Positions 1 through 9,287 of a DNA stretch of 47,002 nt are shown here, piece after piece. The position numbers were made by a program, and so were the translations under genes. The DNA comes from an uncultured Bacilli bacterium. GTDB lineage: Bacteria > Bacillota_I > Bacilli_A > RF39 > UBA660. The DNA is taken from the NCBI GenBank assembly GCA_944359075.1, contig CALVSR010000001.1, positions 1 to 47,002 on the forward strand, written 5' to 3'. The first letter of the stretch is position 1. Every line of letters starts with the position of its first letter. Below the pieces are notes generated by a model. It saw only the letters and a list, made by a program, of their open reading frames with translations. It made no database searches and was not told the origin of the DNA.

Positions 1-3000
1 TCACTATTATTGACACTAGCATTTACCGTAATACTAGATGTACTATATGGTACGGTTAATGTATAACTTATCGTATTACTTGCAAAGGTGGGCGATATAG
101 CATACCCTTCAACACTTAAACTCTTTAATGTTGCATCACTGCTTGCTTTTCTAGTAATTACCACATTGTATACTTCTATCAATCCACTTTGTGATGTTAC
201 CGTTACTTTAAATGTATTACTTCCTACATTTAAATTTTTACTTCCAATTCCTGTTACGATTGCTACACTAGATGTTGCTTCTGCATGAATTACTGCACTG
301 GTTACATTATTTTCTACCGTTAAACTATAATTATTATCATCTACTTTTACGATTGTATATCCTTCTACACTAATACTTTTTAAACTAGTATCGGTATCCT
401 TTTCTCTCGTTACTGTAATATTATATGTTCTTGTTGTCGTCTTATCTTCCGCTGTTACTTGAATATCAAAACTATTTTCTCCTACACTTAATACTTTGCT
501 TCCTAATCCTTCTACATTCGATACACTTTCCGTTGCTTCTCCTATTATTGTGATGGTATCTATATGATAGGGAACACTTAAACTATATACCAAAACATCT
601 TTAGAAAAAGTTGGAGTTATGGTTTGACCTTCTACCCCTAAATTTTTTAAACTTGCGTCTGAATTTGGTAATCTTGTCACTTTTACGGTATATGTTTTCT
701 TACTTCCACTTTGGGATGTTACTCCTACGTCAATCGTATTTTCTCCTACATTTAAACTATGTTCTCCATCACCAGAAATACTTGCTACACTACTATTGGC
801 TCTTGCAGTTACTATAGTGGATGTTACACTATTTTCTACCGTACAGCTATAACTTGTCGTATTACTATTAAAGTCTGGTGTTAATGTACAGTTTGTTAAG
901 CTTAAACCACTTAATGTATTATCCGTATCTTTCTCTCTTGTTACGATAATCGTATAGATTTTCGTTGTTTTATCCCCTGCAGTTACTACTACCTCTATAG
1001 TATTATTTCCTACGATTAGTTTTTTTTCTCCTGTTCCTGTTAAATTTGCTTCGCTATTATTCACACTAGCATTTACTGTGATACTTGACGTACTATATGG
1101 TACTGTCAGTCTATAACTTGTAGTATTACTACTAAAATCCGGTTCGATACCATATCCTTCTATTTCTAAATTCCTTAATGTAGCGTCATTACTTGCCTTT
1201 CGTGTAACTACTATTTTATATATTTTTACATCCCCGTTCTGTGCAGTTACTGACACCGTAATCGTATTCTCTCCTACTATTAAAGCTTTATTTCCATCGC
1301 CAGAAATTCTTGCCACACTACTAGTTGCTGTAGCACTTACCGTAGTACTAGCAATATTATTTTCTACCGTACATGTATAACTTGTCGTATTACTATTAAA
1401 TTTTGGTGTTAATGTACAATTTGTTAGGCTTAAACTACTTAATGTATTATCTGTATCTTTCTCTCTTGTTACTGTTATCGTATAGGTTTTCGTTGTTTTA
1501 TCTCCGGCAGTTACTACTATCTCTATAGTGTTATCTCCTACAATTAGTTCTTTTTCTCCTGTTCCTATTAAATTTGCCTCACTATTATTAACAAGGGCAT
1601 TTACTGTAATACTAGATGTTGCATAGGGAACACTTAAGCTATAAGTTGTAGTATTACTATTAAATTCTGGCTCTATATGGTATCCTTCAACATTTAAACT
1701 CTTTAGTGTCGCATCACTACTTGCTTTTCTAGTTACCGTAATTTTATAGGTTCTTGAACTTTCATTTTGAGCAGTTACGATTACATTTACTGTGTTGTCT
1801 CCTACTTTTAATTCTTGCTCTCCAATTCCATGAATCGTAGCCACACTGCTATTGGCACTAGCACTTATTGTAACATTACTTACACTATTTTCTACTATAC
1901 AACTATATGTCAATATTTCACTATTAAATTCGGGCACTAATGTGCAATTTGTTAGGCTTAAACTACTTAACGTATTATCCGTATCTTTCTCTCTTGTTAC
2001 GATAATCGTATAGGTTTTCGTTGTTTTATCCCCTGCAGTTACTACTACCTCTATAGTATTATTTCCTACGATTAGTTCTTTTTCTCCTGTTCCTGTTAAA
2101 TTTGCCTCACTATTATTAACAAGGGCATTTACTGTAATACTTGACGTACTATATGGTACTGTCAGTCTATAACTTGTAGTATTACTACTAAAATCCGGTT
2201 CGATACTATATCCTTCTATTTCTAAATTCCTTAATGTAGCGTCATTACTTGCTTTTCTCGTGACTACTATTTTATATGCTTTTATGCTTCCACTTTGCGA
2301 TGTTACCGTTACTGTAATGGTATTTGTTCCCACTACCAATGCCTTTTCGCCATCTCCTAATATACTTGCTACACTACTATTGGCTCTTGCAGTTACTATA
2401 GTGGATGTTACACTATTTTCTACCGTACAGCTATAACTTGTTGTATTACTATTAAAGTCTGGTGTTAATGTACAGTTTGTTAAGCTTAAACTACTTAATG
2501 TATTATCCGTATCTTTCTCTCTTGTTACCGTTATCGTATAGGTTTTCGTTGTTTTATCACCTGCAGTTACAGTTACAGTAACTATATTTATCCCTACTGC
2601 TAAATTGGTATTTCCACTAACTTCCACACTTGCTTCACTATGGTTCTTTTCTGCATTTACTTCTAGATCCGTTACAGAATATGGTACTGTTAAAGTATAT
2701 TCTATTATATTGCTGTCAAAAGCCGGATCGATACTATATCCTGTTACACTCAAACTTTTTAAACTTGCGTCACTACTTGCCTTTCTAGTAACAGCAATCG
2801 TATAGATTTTTTGACTTCCATTTTGTGCCGTTACTGTAACATTAATTACATTTTCTCCTACATTTAAGCTATGCTCTCCATCACCAGAAATTCTTGCTTC
2901 ACTACTATTGGCTATCGCTGTTACTGTAGTAGATGTTACATTATTCTCCACTGTACAATTATAACTTAATGTTTCACTATTAAATTCTTCTTCTATATTA

Positions 3001-3560
3001 CAGTTCGTTAAACTTAAACTCTTTAATGTGTTATCGGCATCTTTTTCTCTTATTACTCGAATGATATAGTTTGCTGTTACTTCTTTGCTTGCACTAGTTA
3101 CTTCTACTTCATAATCATTATTTCCTACTCTTAAGTTTGTCTTTTCGCCAATTCCGGTTACTTCTGCCCCAGTAATAGAAATATTTTGAATTGTAACCCT
3201 GTCGATACTATATGGTATCGTTACACTATATATATTTTCTTCTACATAACTTAAACGATATCCTGCTACTTCTACATTTTGAATACTTGCATCATTTGAT
3301 AGCTTTCTATTTACTGTAATTTGTATCTCTCTAGTCATTCCATTCTCTGCTGTTATTTTTACTTTTATGACATTGATTCCTATATTTAATTCATAACTTC
3401 CTAAACCTTCTACTATCTGTACTTCTTCTTTTTTACTTCCTACTACTTCTATGCTTGCTGTTTCATACGGCACTTCTACTGTATAAGAATTCATATTATC
3501 ACTATATTCTGGTGTTAAACTATATCCTACTACTCCTAAGCTTGCTAATCCGGTATTTCT
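1..3560 (-). repeat. Tandem in-frame coding repeats: 264-bp domain unit, 528-bp two-domain (A/B) super-unit
   Basis: 778-944 matches 2362-2528 (offset 1584 = 6x264) with 2 mismatches by eye. 937-1235 matches 1993-2291 (offset 1056 = 4x264) at roughly 95 percent. Motif cttgttac recurs at 937, ~1465, 1993 and 2521. Confidence 0.85.
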
Positions 3561-4604
3561 GGATTCTTCTCTTATAATTCTTAATATATATTCTTGTCTT
3601 TTCTCTTGATTTGCACTGGTTACTATTGCTCTATAAAAGTTTTCTCCTACTTTTAAGTTAAATTCTTCTATGGTTTCTGAAAGGCTACTTGCTGTACTCA
3701 TTCTAGTTACTGCTGTATTCATTTCTTTCATGCTAAGCGGTTTTACTAATGGTAAAGTATCTACCATTACCAAACTATCTAATGCCGTAATCTCTACTGT
3801 TGCTTCTGTATTCGTTGGTATGACATCAATATCTACTGTATCTACTTCATTGGGTACGGTTACTGTATATTGATATTCTTCATTGCTAACATTCGCAAAT
3901 AGATATTTTTGATTCGCTACCACCCTTTCTACCCCGGTATCTTCTGGATTCGTTGGTTCTGTTGCTGCCATATTTCTATCACTATTGGCATACACATTGA
4001 TTCTAATAGCCCCTTGTTTTCCTATATATGCTTCATCGCTCCAATCAACATCTTCATTTATCCACATTCTTACTCTAAATTCTTTTAGATACCCTTTCGT
4101 ATTCTTCAAAATCGTTTCCTGATAAACAGTTTTCCCACTTGCATTTTCTATTATAGTATCACTATAATCTGCTAATGTTTTTACTTCCCCATTACTGTCT
4201 AATGAAAAACTTATTTCTTCTTCTTCCCCGCTCGTAATATCCGTTAAATAAAACTTAATCGCATCTAGTGGTAAATTACTCCCTTCTACTTCTTCTGCTA
4301 CTACCTCATATTCCAAATCACTTCTGGAAAGACTAGATTCTACTTTAAAATCAAATACATTTCCTTCTCCTTCTTTACTCTTTCCTTCTTCATCATTGAT
4401 TGGAAATGCATCTGTTATTGCTATTCCATTCCCTATATTTTCATTTTCGGTGTATTTAAATGTAATAGACCCTAATTCTATACTATTTTCTCTACTTCCC
4501 TCTCTTACATAACTAAAGAAAGAAACACTTACCCCTATCGTTATTAAAATTAATGACAGGATTAGTAATAAACTGATTATTATTTGCTTACTTCTATTTT
4601 TCAT
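1..4604 (-). CDS. Giant repeat-rich surface protein, N-terminal >=1,534 aa (C-terminus beyond left window edge): signal/TM anchor, ~230-aa N-terminal domain, then ~15 tandem ~88-aa cadherin-like/Ig-like beta-sandwich repeats
   Basis: Absent from the ORF track because there is no stop inside the window. Reverse-strand ATG at 4604-4602 follows a GGTGA RBS. I translated this frame by hand down to position 3 without a stop. N-terminus MKNRSKQIIISLLLILSLILITIGVSVSFFSY. Repeats look like SDATLKSLSVTGYSIDPAFDSN..YTLTVPYSV......GNTNLAVGINIVTVTVTAGDKTTKTYTITVTR. Confidence 0.85.
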   Translation of the reverse strand, partial: MKNRSKQIIISLLLILSLILITIGVSVSFFSYVREGSRENSIELGSITFKYTENENIGNGIAITDAFPINDEEGKSKEGEGNVFDFKVESSLSRSDLEYEVVAEEVEGSNLPLDAIKFYLTDITSGEEEEISFSLDSNGEVKTLADYSDTIIENASGKTVYQETILKNTKGYLKEFRVRMWINEDVDWSDEAYIGKQGAIRINVYANSDRNMAATEPTNPEDTGVERVVANQKYLFANVSNEEYQYTVTVPNEVDTVDIDVIPTNTEATVEITALDSLVMVDTLPLVKPLSMKEMNTAVTRMSTASSLSETIEEFNLKVGENFYRAIVTSANQEKRQEYILRIIREESRNTGLASLGVVGYSLTPEYSDNMNSYTVEVPYETASIEVVGSKKEEVQIVEGLGSYELNIGINVIKVKITAENGMTREIQITVNRKLSNDASIQNVEVAGYRLSYVEENIYSVTIPYSIDRVTIQNISITGAEVTGIGEKTNLRVGNNDYEVEVTSASKEVTANYIIRVIREKDADNTLKSLSLTNCNIEEEFNSETLSYNCTVENNVTSTTVTAIANSSEARISGDGEHSLNVGENVINVTVTAQNGSQKIYTIAVTRKASSDASLKSLSVTGYSIDPAFDSNIIEYTLTVPYSVTDLEVNAEKNHSEASVEVSGNTNLAVGINIVTVTVTAGDKTTKTYTITVTREKDTDNTLSSLSLTNCTLTPDFNSNTTSYSCTVENSVTSTIVTARANSSVASILGDGEKALVVGTNTITVTVTSQSGSIKAYKIVVTRKASNDATLRNLEIEGYSIEPDFSSNTTSYRLTVPYSTSSITVNALVNNSEANLTGTGEKELIVGNNTIEVVVTAGDKTTKTYTIIVTREKDTDNTLSSLSLTNCTLVPEFNSEILTYSCIVENSVSNVTISASANSSVATIHGIGEQELKVGDNTVNVIVTAQNESSRTYKITVTRKASSDATLKSLNVEGYHIEPEFNSNTTTYSLSVPYATSSITVNALVNNSEANLIGTGEKELIVGDNTIEIVVTAGDKTTKTYTITVTREKDTDNTLSSLSLTNCTLTPKFNSNTTSYTCTVENNIASTTVSATATSSVARISGDGNKALIVGENTITVSVTAQNGDVKIYKIVVTRKASNDATLRNLEIEGYGIEPDFSSNTTSYRLTVPYSTSSITVNASVNNSEANLTGTGEKKLIVGNNTIEVVVTAGDKTTKIYTIIVTREKDTDNTLSGLSLTNCTLTPDFNSNTTSYSCTVENSVTSTIVTARANSSVASISGDGEHSLNVGENTIDVGVTSQSGSKKTYTVKVTRLPNSDASLKNLGVEGQTITPTFSKDVLVYSLSVPYHIDTITIIGEATESVSNVEGLGSKVLSVGENSFDIQVTAEDKTTTRTYNITVTREKDTDTSLKSISVEGYTIVKVDDNNYSLTVENNVTSAVIHAEATSSVAIVTGIGSKNLNVGSNTFKVTVTSQSGLIEVYNVVITRKASSDATLKSLSVEGYAISPTFASNTISYTLTVPYSTSSITVNASVNNS

Positions 4605-4629
4605 AAGTCACCACTATTCTTTATCTATA

Positions 4630-4658
4630 ATTTTAAACTTTCTGTAATGGGATGTCAA
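4630..4658 (-). promoter_or_regulatory. Near-consensus sigma-A type promoter for the giant surface-protein gene
   Basis: Minus-strand TTGACA (4658-4653), 17-nt spacer, TAAAAT (4635-4630). Located in the 85-bp gap between the pilD stop and the giant-gene ATG. Confidence 0.5.
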
Positions 4659-4689
4659 TTCCTGCTTTGGATTCTGATAAAACAATGTG

Positions 4690-5451
4690 TTATAAAAATA
4701 GACTTGTAAAAGTATTTATATCAAATTTAAATAGAAATAATAAAATAATAGAGGCAACTATAAATGGACCAAAAGGAATCAGGTGTTCCCGGTCTAATAC
4801 ATAAATCAAAATAGAAACTGGCAAAGCAATACTGCTAGCTATAAAAATCACAAAAATTCCTAAAATAGGGTGCAACACTAAACCTGAAATGAACATTAAT
4901 TTTACATCGGCGCCACCTAGGGTTTCTTTCTTAAATAACCAATTACCAAAAAGCATAATAAGATACATTACTAAAAAAGTAAGAAGCCCACTACCGACTT
5001 GTAGAAGTCCATCTTTGAATCCTAGATTTAAAAAGTTAACTATTATAATGATAATAGCACAAGTAAATGTTACTTCATCTGGAATAATCATATAAGTCAA
5101 ATCACTTACAATTACAATGCTAAATAAAGATACCAATGTTAAAGCAATTATCAATTCATAACTAAAGCCAAAGGAATAGAAACAAACAGCAAACAAAGCG
5201 CCTGTTATAATTTCAATAAAAGGATGAAAAACAGATATACTGGCATGACAATTTCGACATTTTCCTTTTTGTATCATGTAAGATAAAGCAGGAATTAACT
5301 CATACCAACAAAGCTTTTTACCACAATTTGGACAATAAGAATGTTTTGGTTTTACAATGGATTCTCCTTTTGGTAATCGATATCCTATTACATGATAGAA
5401 GGAACCAAAAATGGTTCCTAGTATAAAGAACACAATCAAATATAAAAACAT
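4690..5451 (-). CDS. pilD: Prepilin peptidase (A24 family, PilD/ComC type)
   Basis: 253-aa polytopic membrane protein. Has the N-terminal Cys pairs CPNCGKKL...CRNCHASIS and the Asp motifs IIPDEV and LGGADVKL typical of type IV prepilin peptidases. Confidence 0.9.
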   Translation of the reverse strand: MFLYLIVFFILGTIFGSFYHVIGYRLPKGESIVKPKHSYCPNCGKKLCWYELIPALSYMIQKGKCRNCHASISVFHPFIEIITGALFAVCFYSFGFSYELIIALTLVSLFSIVIVSDLTYMIIPDEVTFTCAIIIIIVNFLNLGFKDGLLQVGSGLLTFLVMYLIMLFGNWLFKKETLGGADVKLMFISGLVLHPILGIFVIFIASSIALPVSILIYVLDREHLIPFGPFIVASIILLFLFKFDINTFTSLFL

Positions 5452-5462
5452 TATATATCCCC

Positions 5463-6902
5463 CTAATTCATATTCCCTACAGCTCCATAAATGTCAAACA
5501 TTGGAATTACAATAGATAATAATATAAATCCTACTGCTATTGCTAAAAAGATAATGGTAATAGGTTCTACTAAACTTTTTACTACTGTAATTGCATTTTT
5601 ATGTAAACTACTGTAGTGATCTGCTACTTTTTCCATCATTTCACCCAACTTCCCTGTTGATTCTCCTGTTACTAACATTTCATAAGCAACTACAGGAAAA
5701 GCCCAATGTCCTCTAAAAGATTCTGAAATCTTACCACCTTTACTAAGAGTATCTAAAGTGTTCATAATAATTTCTTTATAAACTTCATTGTTAGATATTT
5801 TAGATAAAATTGCCATACTATCTGTAATATGAACACTATGATTCAAAAGTTGGGAAAAAGTTCTCGTAAACATACTAACTTCACTATAAATTATAATTTT
5901 TCCAATCACAGGAGTTTTCATTAACAGAGTTTGCACAGCCTTACGAAACGACTTTATACTTTTATAAGCAGTAATCAAAATAATTAAAAAAGCAGCAACT
6001 GCAATAATAACTCCTACATAGTATTGAGATACAAACTCACTAGCATTAATTGTAAAAACAGTAATTGCTGGGAGTGAAGTATCCATATCTGAGTACATTT
6101 TTACAAAGCTAGGAACAATGTAAACCAAACAGAATATTACAACAATAATCGATACTATAAAAATAATAAGGGGATAAGTAAGTGCTGTAATCATTTGTCT
6201 TTTAGTTTGATCGATGGATGTATAATAATCACTCATTTCATCTAATATGGTTGGCAAATCTCCTGTCATTTCACTAGCTTTTACCATATTAATTAATAGT
6301 CTCGGAAAAACATCACTTTGATTCTCTAAAGCTGTACTAAATTTTTCACCAGCTACTAAGTCATATACAATTCTTTCATATACTTTTCTTTTGGATGGCT
6401 TTTCTGTTTGCTTAGCTAGAATACGAACAGCATCTACTAATGGAATTCCAGCTTTAATGTATGTAGATAATTGCGTAAGCGCAAAACTTAGTTCACTGCT
6501 CTTAAAACGAGTCCCAAATAAACTGAGATCCATATCTAAACTAATCTTTTTTCGTGGTTCAATTTTGATTACTTCATATCCTTCATTAATCAAAAAAGCT
6601 TCTACTTCACTTATACTTTTTGCATCGAATGAACTTTTTATGATTTTCCCTGCTTCATTTTTAACTTGATAATTGAATGTTGTTAAATCTTTTTTATCCG
6701 CTTTTTTATCTGTTAATAATTCGTCTATATTATTACTAGAAGAAATAGTTCCCATAGTTTCTTTTAATAATTTTTTCTGTCTTTCTTCTTTTTCTATTAA
6801 CAATTCTTTTTGGATTTGTTGTTCTTTCGATTTTTGTATTAATCTTATGGGAAAACTAAAAATATTTTTCACCATATGATAAGTCCAGATAAATATATTC
6901 AT
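5463..6902 (-). CDS. pilC: Type IV pilus / type II secretion platform protein (GspF/PilC family) with ~75-aa Lys/Glu-rich N-terminal extension
   Basis: Canonical PilC start FNYQVKNEAGKIIKSSFDAKSISEVEAFLINEGYEVIKIEP begins near aa 76. Two T2SSF-like halves with TM segments. An 11-bp gap separates it from pilD. Confidence 0.88.
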   Translation of the reverse strand: MNIFIWTYHMVKNIFSFPIRLIQKSKEQQIQKELLIEKEERQKKLLKETMGTISSSNNIDELLTDKKADKKDLTTFNYQVKNEAGKIIKSSFDAKSISEVEAFLINEGYEVIKIEPRKKISLDMDLSLFGTRFKSSELSFALTQLSTYIKAGIPLVDAVRILAKQTEKPSKRKVYERIVYDLVAGEKFSTALENQSDVFPRLLINMVKASEMTGDLPTILDEMSDYYTSIDQTKRQMITALTYPLIIFIVSIIVVIFCLVYIVPSFVKMYSDMDTSLPAITVFTINASEFVSQYYVGVIIAVAAFLIILITAYKSIKSFRKAVQTLLMKTPVIGKIIIYSEVSMFTRTFSQLLNHSVHITDSMAILSKISNNEVYKEIIMNTLDTLSKGGKISESFRGHWAFPVVAYEMLVTGESTGKLGEMMEKVADHYSSLHKNAITVVKSLVEPITIIFLAIAVGFILLSIVIPMFDIYGAVGNMN

Positions 6903-7011
6903 ACTATCAACCCTTTTGCTACTTCCTATTCTATTTTAAGTATAGCATATTGTTGCTTTTTTTTAAACTTTTTTTTGCTTTTTCATATAATAATACAAAA
7001 GGAGTGAGATT

Positions 7012-7452
7012 ATGTTTGGAAACGGTTTCTATCATCCTTATATGTATCAACCTTATTATCAAGCTGCCAATATGGCCAGAAATTTAGGCGGTTTAAGTGG
7101 TGCTAGCAGTATTGCTAGAAATGGAATCGGAACAGGTCTAGGAAAAGGTCTTCTAAGTAAGTTTAGTTTTAGTGGTTTCCTAAATGGTGCTAGTAAAACC
7201 TTGAATGTAGTAAATCAAGCTATTCCCATCTTCTATCAAGTGCGACCTATGATCAACAATGCTAAAACGATGTTTAAAATTATAGGCGCAGTACAGGATA
7301 ATGATAGTCCAAAGAAAGCAATTTCTCCCAATACTAACAACAATGAAACGCATACAACGATAAGTTATGCTACTCAAGAACAAAACAACATGAACCGAAA
7401 ATCTGAAAAAGAAAATGATGTTGCCACAGAAAATCCCGTTTTCTTCATATAA
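7012..7452 (+). CDS. VrrA/YqfQ-like low-complexity protein
   Basis: Gly/Ser-rich N-terminus followed by LNGASKTLNVVNQAIPIFYQVRPMINNAKTMFKI, resembling the YqfQ core as I recall it. Syntenic with trmK-sigA-dnaG as in B. subtilis. Confidence 0.5.
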   Translation: MFGNGFYHPYMYQPYYQAANMARNLGGLSGASSIARNGIGTGLGKGLLSKFSFSGFLNGASKTLNVVNQAIPIFYQVRPMINNAKTMFKIIGAVQDNDSPKKAISPNTNNNETHTTISYATQEQNNMNRKSEKENDVATENPVFFI

Positions 7453-7455
7453 GAA

Positions 7456-8124
7456 CTATACAATTTTAGAAATTGCTCGTAGTTCTTTTTTTAATTGCCA
7501 TCTTCTTTCAAAATATTTCTTTGGTAGCAAAGACAGTAATTTTTCTTTCTGTTCTTGTTCTTTCTTTAAATATTCTATGAATAGAGAATCTTTCTTTTTA
7601 GATAAAACAGGACCATATAGATAATCGTGGTAACGGTATTTTTTTTTGCCTTTTTGAAAAAGTATAATTGGATAGATAATATTTTTATCTTTTACTAAGG
7701 TTTCATCAGCAATATAAAACCCTAATTTGCATATTTCACGTCTTACTTTATCCGCATCACTATTTGGAGATAAGATAATTTTATCTACTTTTTTATATTT
7801 CTCTTTGGAATATTTTAGAATTCCTATCATGTTGAGTCCACCCATTCCAGAAATAATGATTGTATCAATATCTTCTTCTATGGGATCGATACCAGATCCT
7901 AGTTTTAATAAAATTTTATTTTCTACATGATATTTTTGAATATTTTCTTTGGCACATAGAAGAGGTCCTTCTTTTATATCAGAAGCAATTACTTTCTTTG
8001 GTGTTTTATTTTGAACTAAGTAAATACTTAATAGAGCATGATCACATCCGACATCTATCACAGAACAATTTTCTGGTATTAAATTGGCAACAGCCAATAG
8101 TCTATTATTTAATTTCACTTTCAT
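7456..8124 (-). CDS. trmK: tRNA (adenine22-N1)-methyltransferase
   Basis: LLAVANLIPENCSVIDVGCDHALLSIYL and IISGMGG motifs match B. subtilis YqfN/TrmK. Sits directly downstream of sigA. Confidence 0.85.
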   Translation of the reverse strand: MKVKLNNRLLAVANLIPENCSVIDVGCDHALLSIYLVQNKTPKKVIASDIKEGPLLCAKENIQKYHVENKILLKLGSGIDPIEEDIDTIIISGMGGLNMIGILKYSKEKYKKVDKIILSPNSDADKVRREICKLGFYIADETLVKDKNIIYPIILFQKGKKKYRYHDYLYGPVLSKKKDSLFIEYLKKEQEQKEKLLSLLPKKYFERRWQLKKELRAISKIV

Positions 8125-8171
8125 AATATCCCTCTATCTCATTATAGCAGAAAAAAAGACTATTTCTAGCC

Positions 8172-9272
8172 TTAGTTTGTTAAAAAATCTTTTAGTTTTC
8201 TACTTCTAGATGGATGTCTTAATTTACGAAGTGCTTTGGCTTCGATTTGACGAATTCTTTCTCTTGTAACACCAAAGATTTGCCCTACCTCTTCTAGGGT
8301 TCTACACTGTCCATCATCCAATCCAAAGCGAAGTCTTAATACTCTTTCTTCTCTATCTGTTAGTGTTAAAAGAACGCCACTTAATTCTTCTTTTAACATT
8401 TCACTAGTTGCATATTCTTCTGGAGACATGGTTCTTTCATCTTTGATAAAATCTCCTAGATGAGAATCATCTTCTTCTCCAATTGGTGTTTCTAAAGATA
8501 CGGGATCTTGACTAATTTTATAGACTTCACGAACTTTTTCGATACTGATTCCTAGTTTTTTGGCAATCTCTTCATCTGTTGGTTCACGATTTAATTCTTG
8601 GGTTAATTGTCTTTGTACACGAGCTAATTTATTAATAGTTTCTACCATATGTACAGGAACACGAATGGTTCTAGCTTGGTCAGCTATGGCACGAGTAATG
8701 GCTTGTCGAATCCACCAAGTTGCATAAGTAGAAAATTTAAATCCTTTCGATGGATCATATTTTTCAACGGCCTTCATTAATCCAATATTTCCTTCCTGAA
8801 TCAAATCCAAAAATAGCATTCCACGTCCCACATAACGTTTGGCAATGGATACTACAAGACGAAGATTCGACTCTGCCAACATCTTTTTTGCATATTCATC
8901 GCCCTGTTCTGCTCTTAGTGCATACTCATATTCTTCATCAGAAGTAAGTAAATTAATTCGCCCTATTTCTTTCAAATACATTCTAACAGGATCATTAATT
9001 TTAATATCTTTAGATAAAGCTAAATCTTCTAGATCAACAAGTCCACCGTCTTCACCGTCATCGTCATCCATATCTCCTTGCTCTGAAGTAATCTCAATAT
9101 TATTGTCTACTAAAAAATTATATAAATCATCTAAAGAATCACTATCTACATCTAATCCTTTTAACTCTTCTGCTAATTGTTCATAAGTAATAAAACCATT
9201 CTTTTTTCCTAATTCTAATAAACTTTGTTTTCTTTCTTCGAATGTTTTAATTTCTTTTGTCATTATAGTCAA
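8172..9272 (-). CDS. sigA: Primary RNA polymerase sigma factor
   Basis: Acidic region 1. Region 2.4 [17 protein letters not shown]. Region 4.2 [30 protein letters not shown]. Confidence 0.95.
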   Translation of the reverse strand: MTIMTKEIKTFEERKQSLLELGKKNGFITYEQLAEELKGLDVDSDSLDDLYNFLVDNNIEITSEQGDMDDDDGEDGGLVDLEDLALSKDIKINDPVRMYLKEIGRINLLTSDEEYEYALRAEQGDEYAKKMLAESNLRLVVSIAKRYVGRGMLFLDLIQEGNIGLMKAVEKYDPSKGFKFSTYATWWIRQAITRAIADQARTIRVPVHMVETINKLARVQRQLTQELNREPTDEEIAKKLGISIEKVREVYKISQDPVSLETPIGEEDDSHLGDFIKDERTMSPEEYATSEMLKEELSGVLLTLTDREERVLRLRFGLDDGQCRTLEEVGQIFGVTRERIRQIEAKALRKLRHPSRSRKLKDFLTN

Positions 9273-9287
9273 CTCCCATTTTCACTT

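Noticed and set aside
88-3873. Plus-strand ORFs from the track (88..288, 611..817, 2605..2805, 3670..3873)
   Set aside because: They are antisense to the 4.6-kb open frame, repeat-derived, lack an RBS and have low-complexity hydrophobic translations. They are spurious.
1-3960. Strong sequence periodicity that might suggest a CRISPR array or a satellite
   Set aside because: The period is 264/528 bp with no short repeat-spacer structure. The whole stretch is one uninterrupted minus-strand reading frame encoding protein domains.
6391-9186. Antisense track ORFs inside pilC, trmK and sigA (e.g. 6391..6669, 7860..8126, 8839..9186), and similar ones elsewhere (35369..35791, 31728..31916)
   Set aside because: They lie wholly within well-supported genes on the other strand and have no recognisable motifs.
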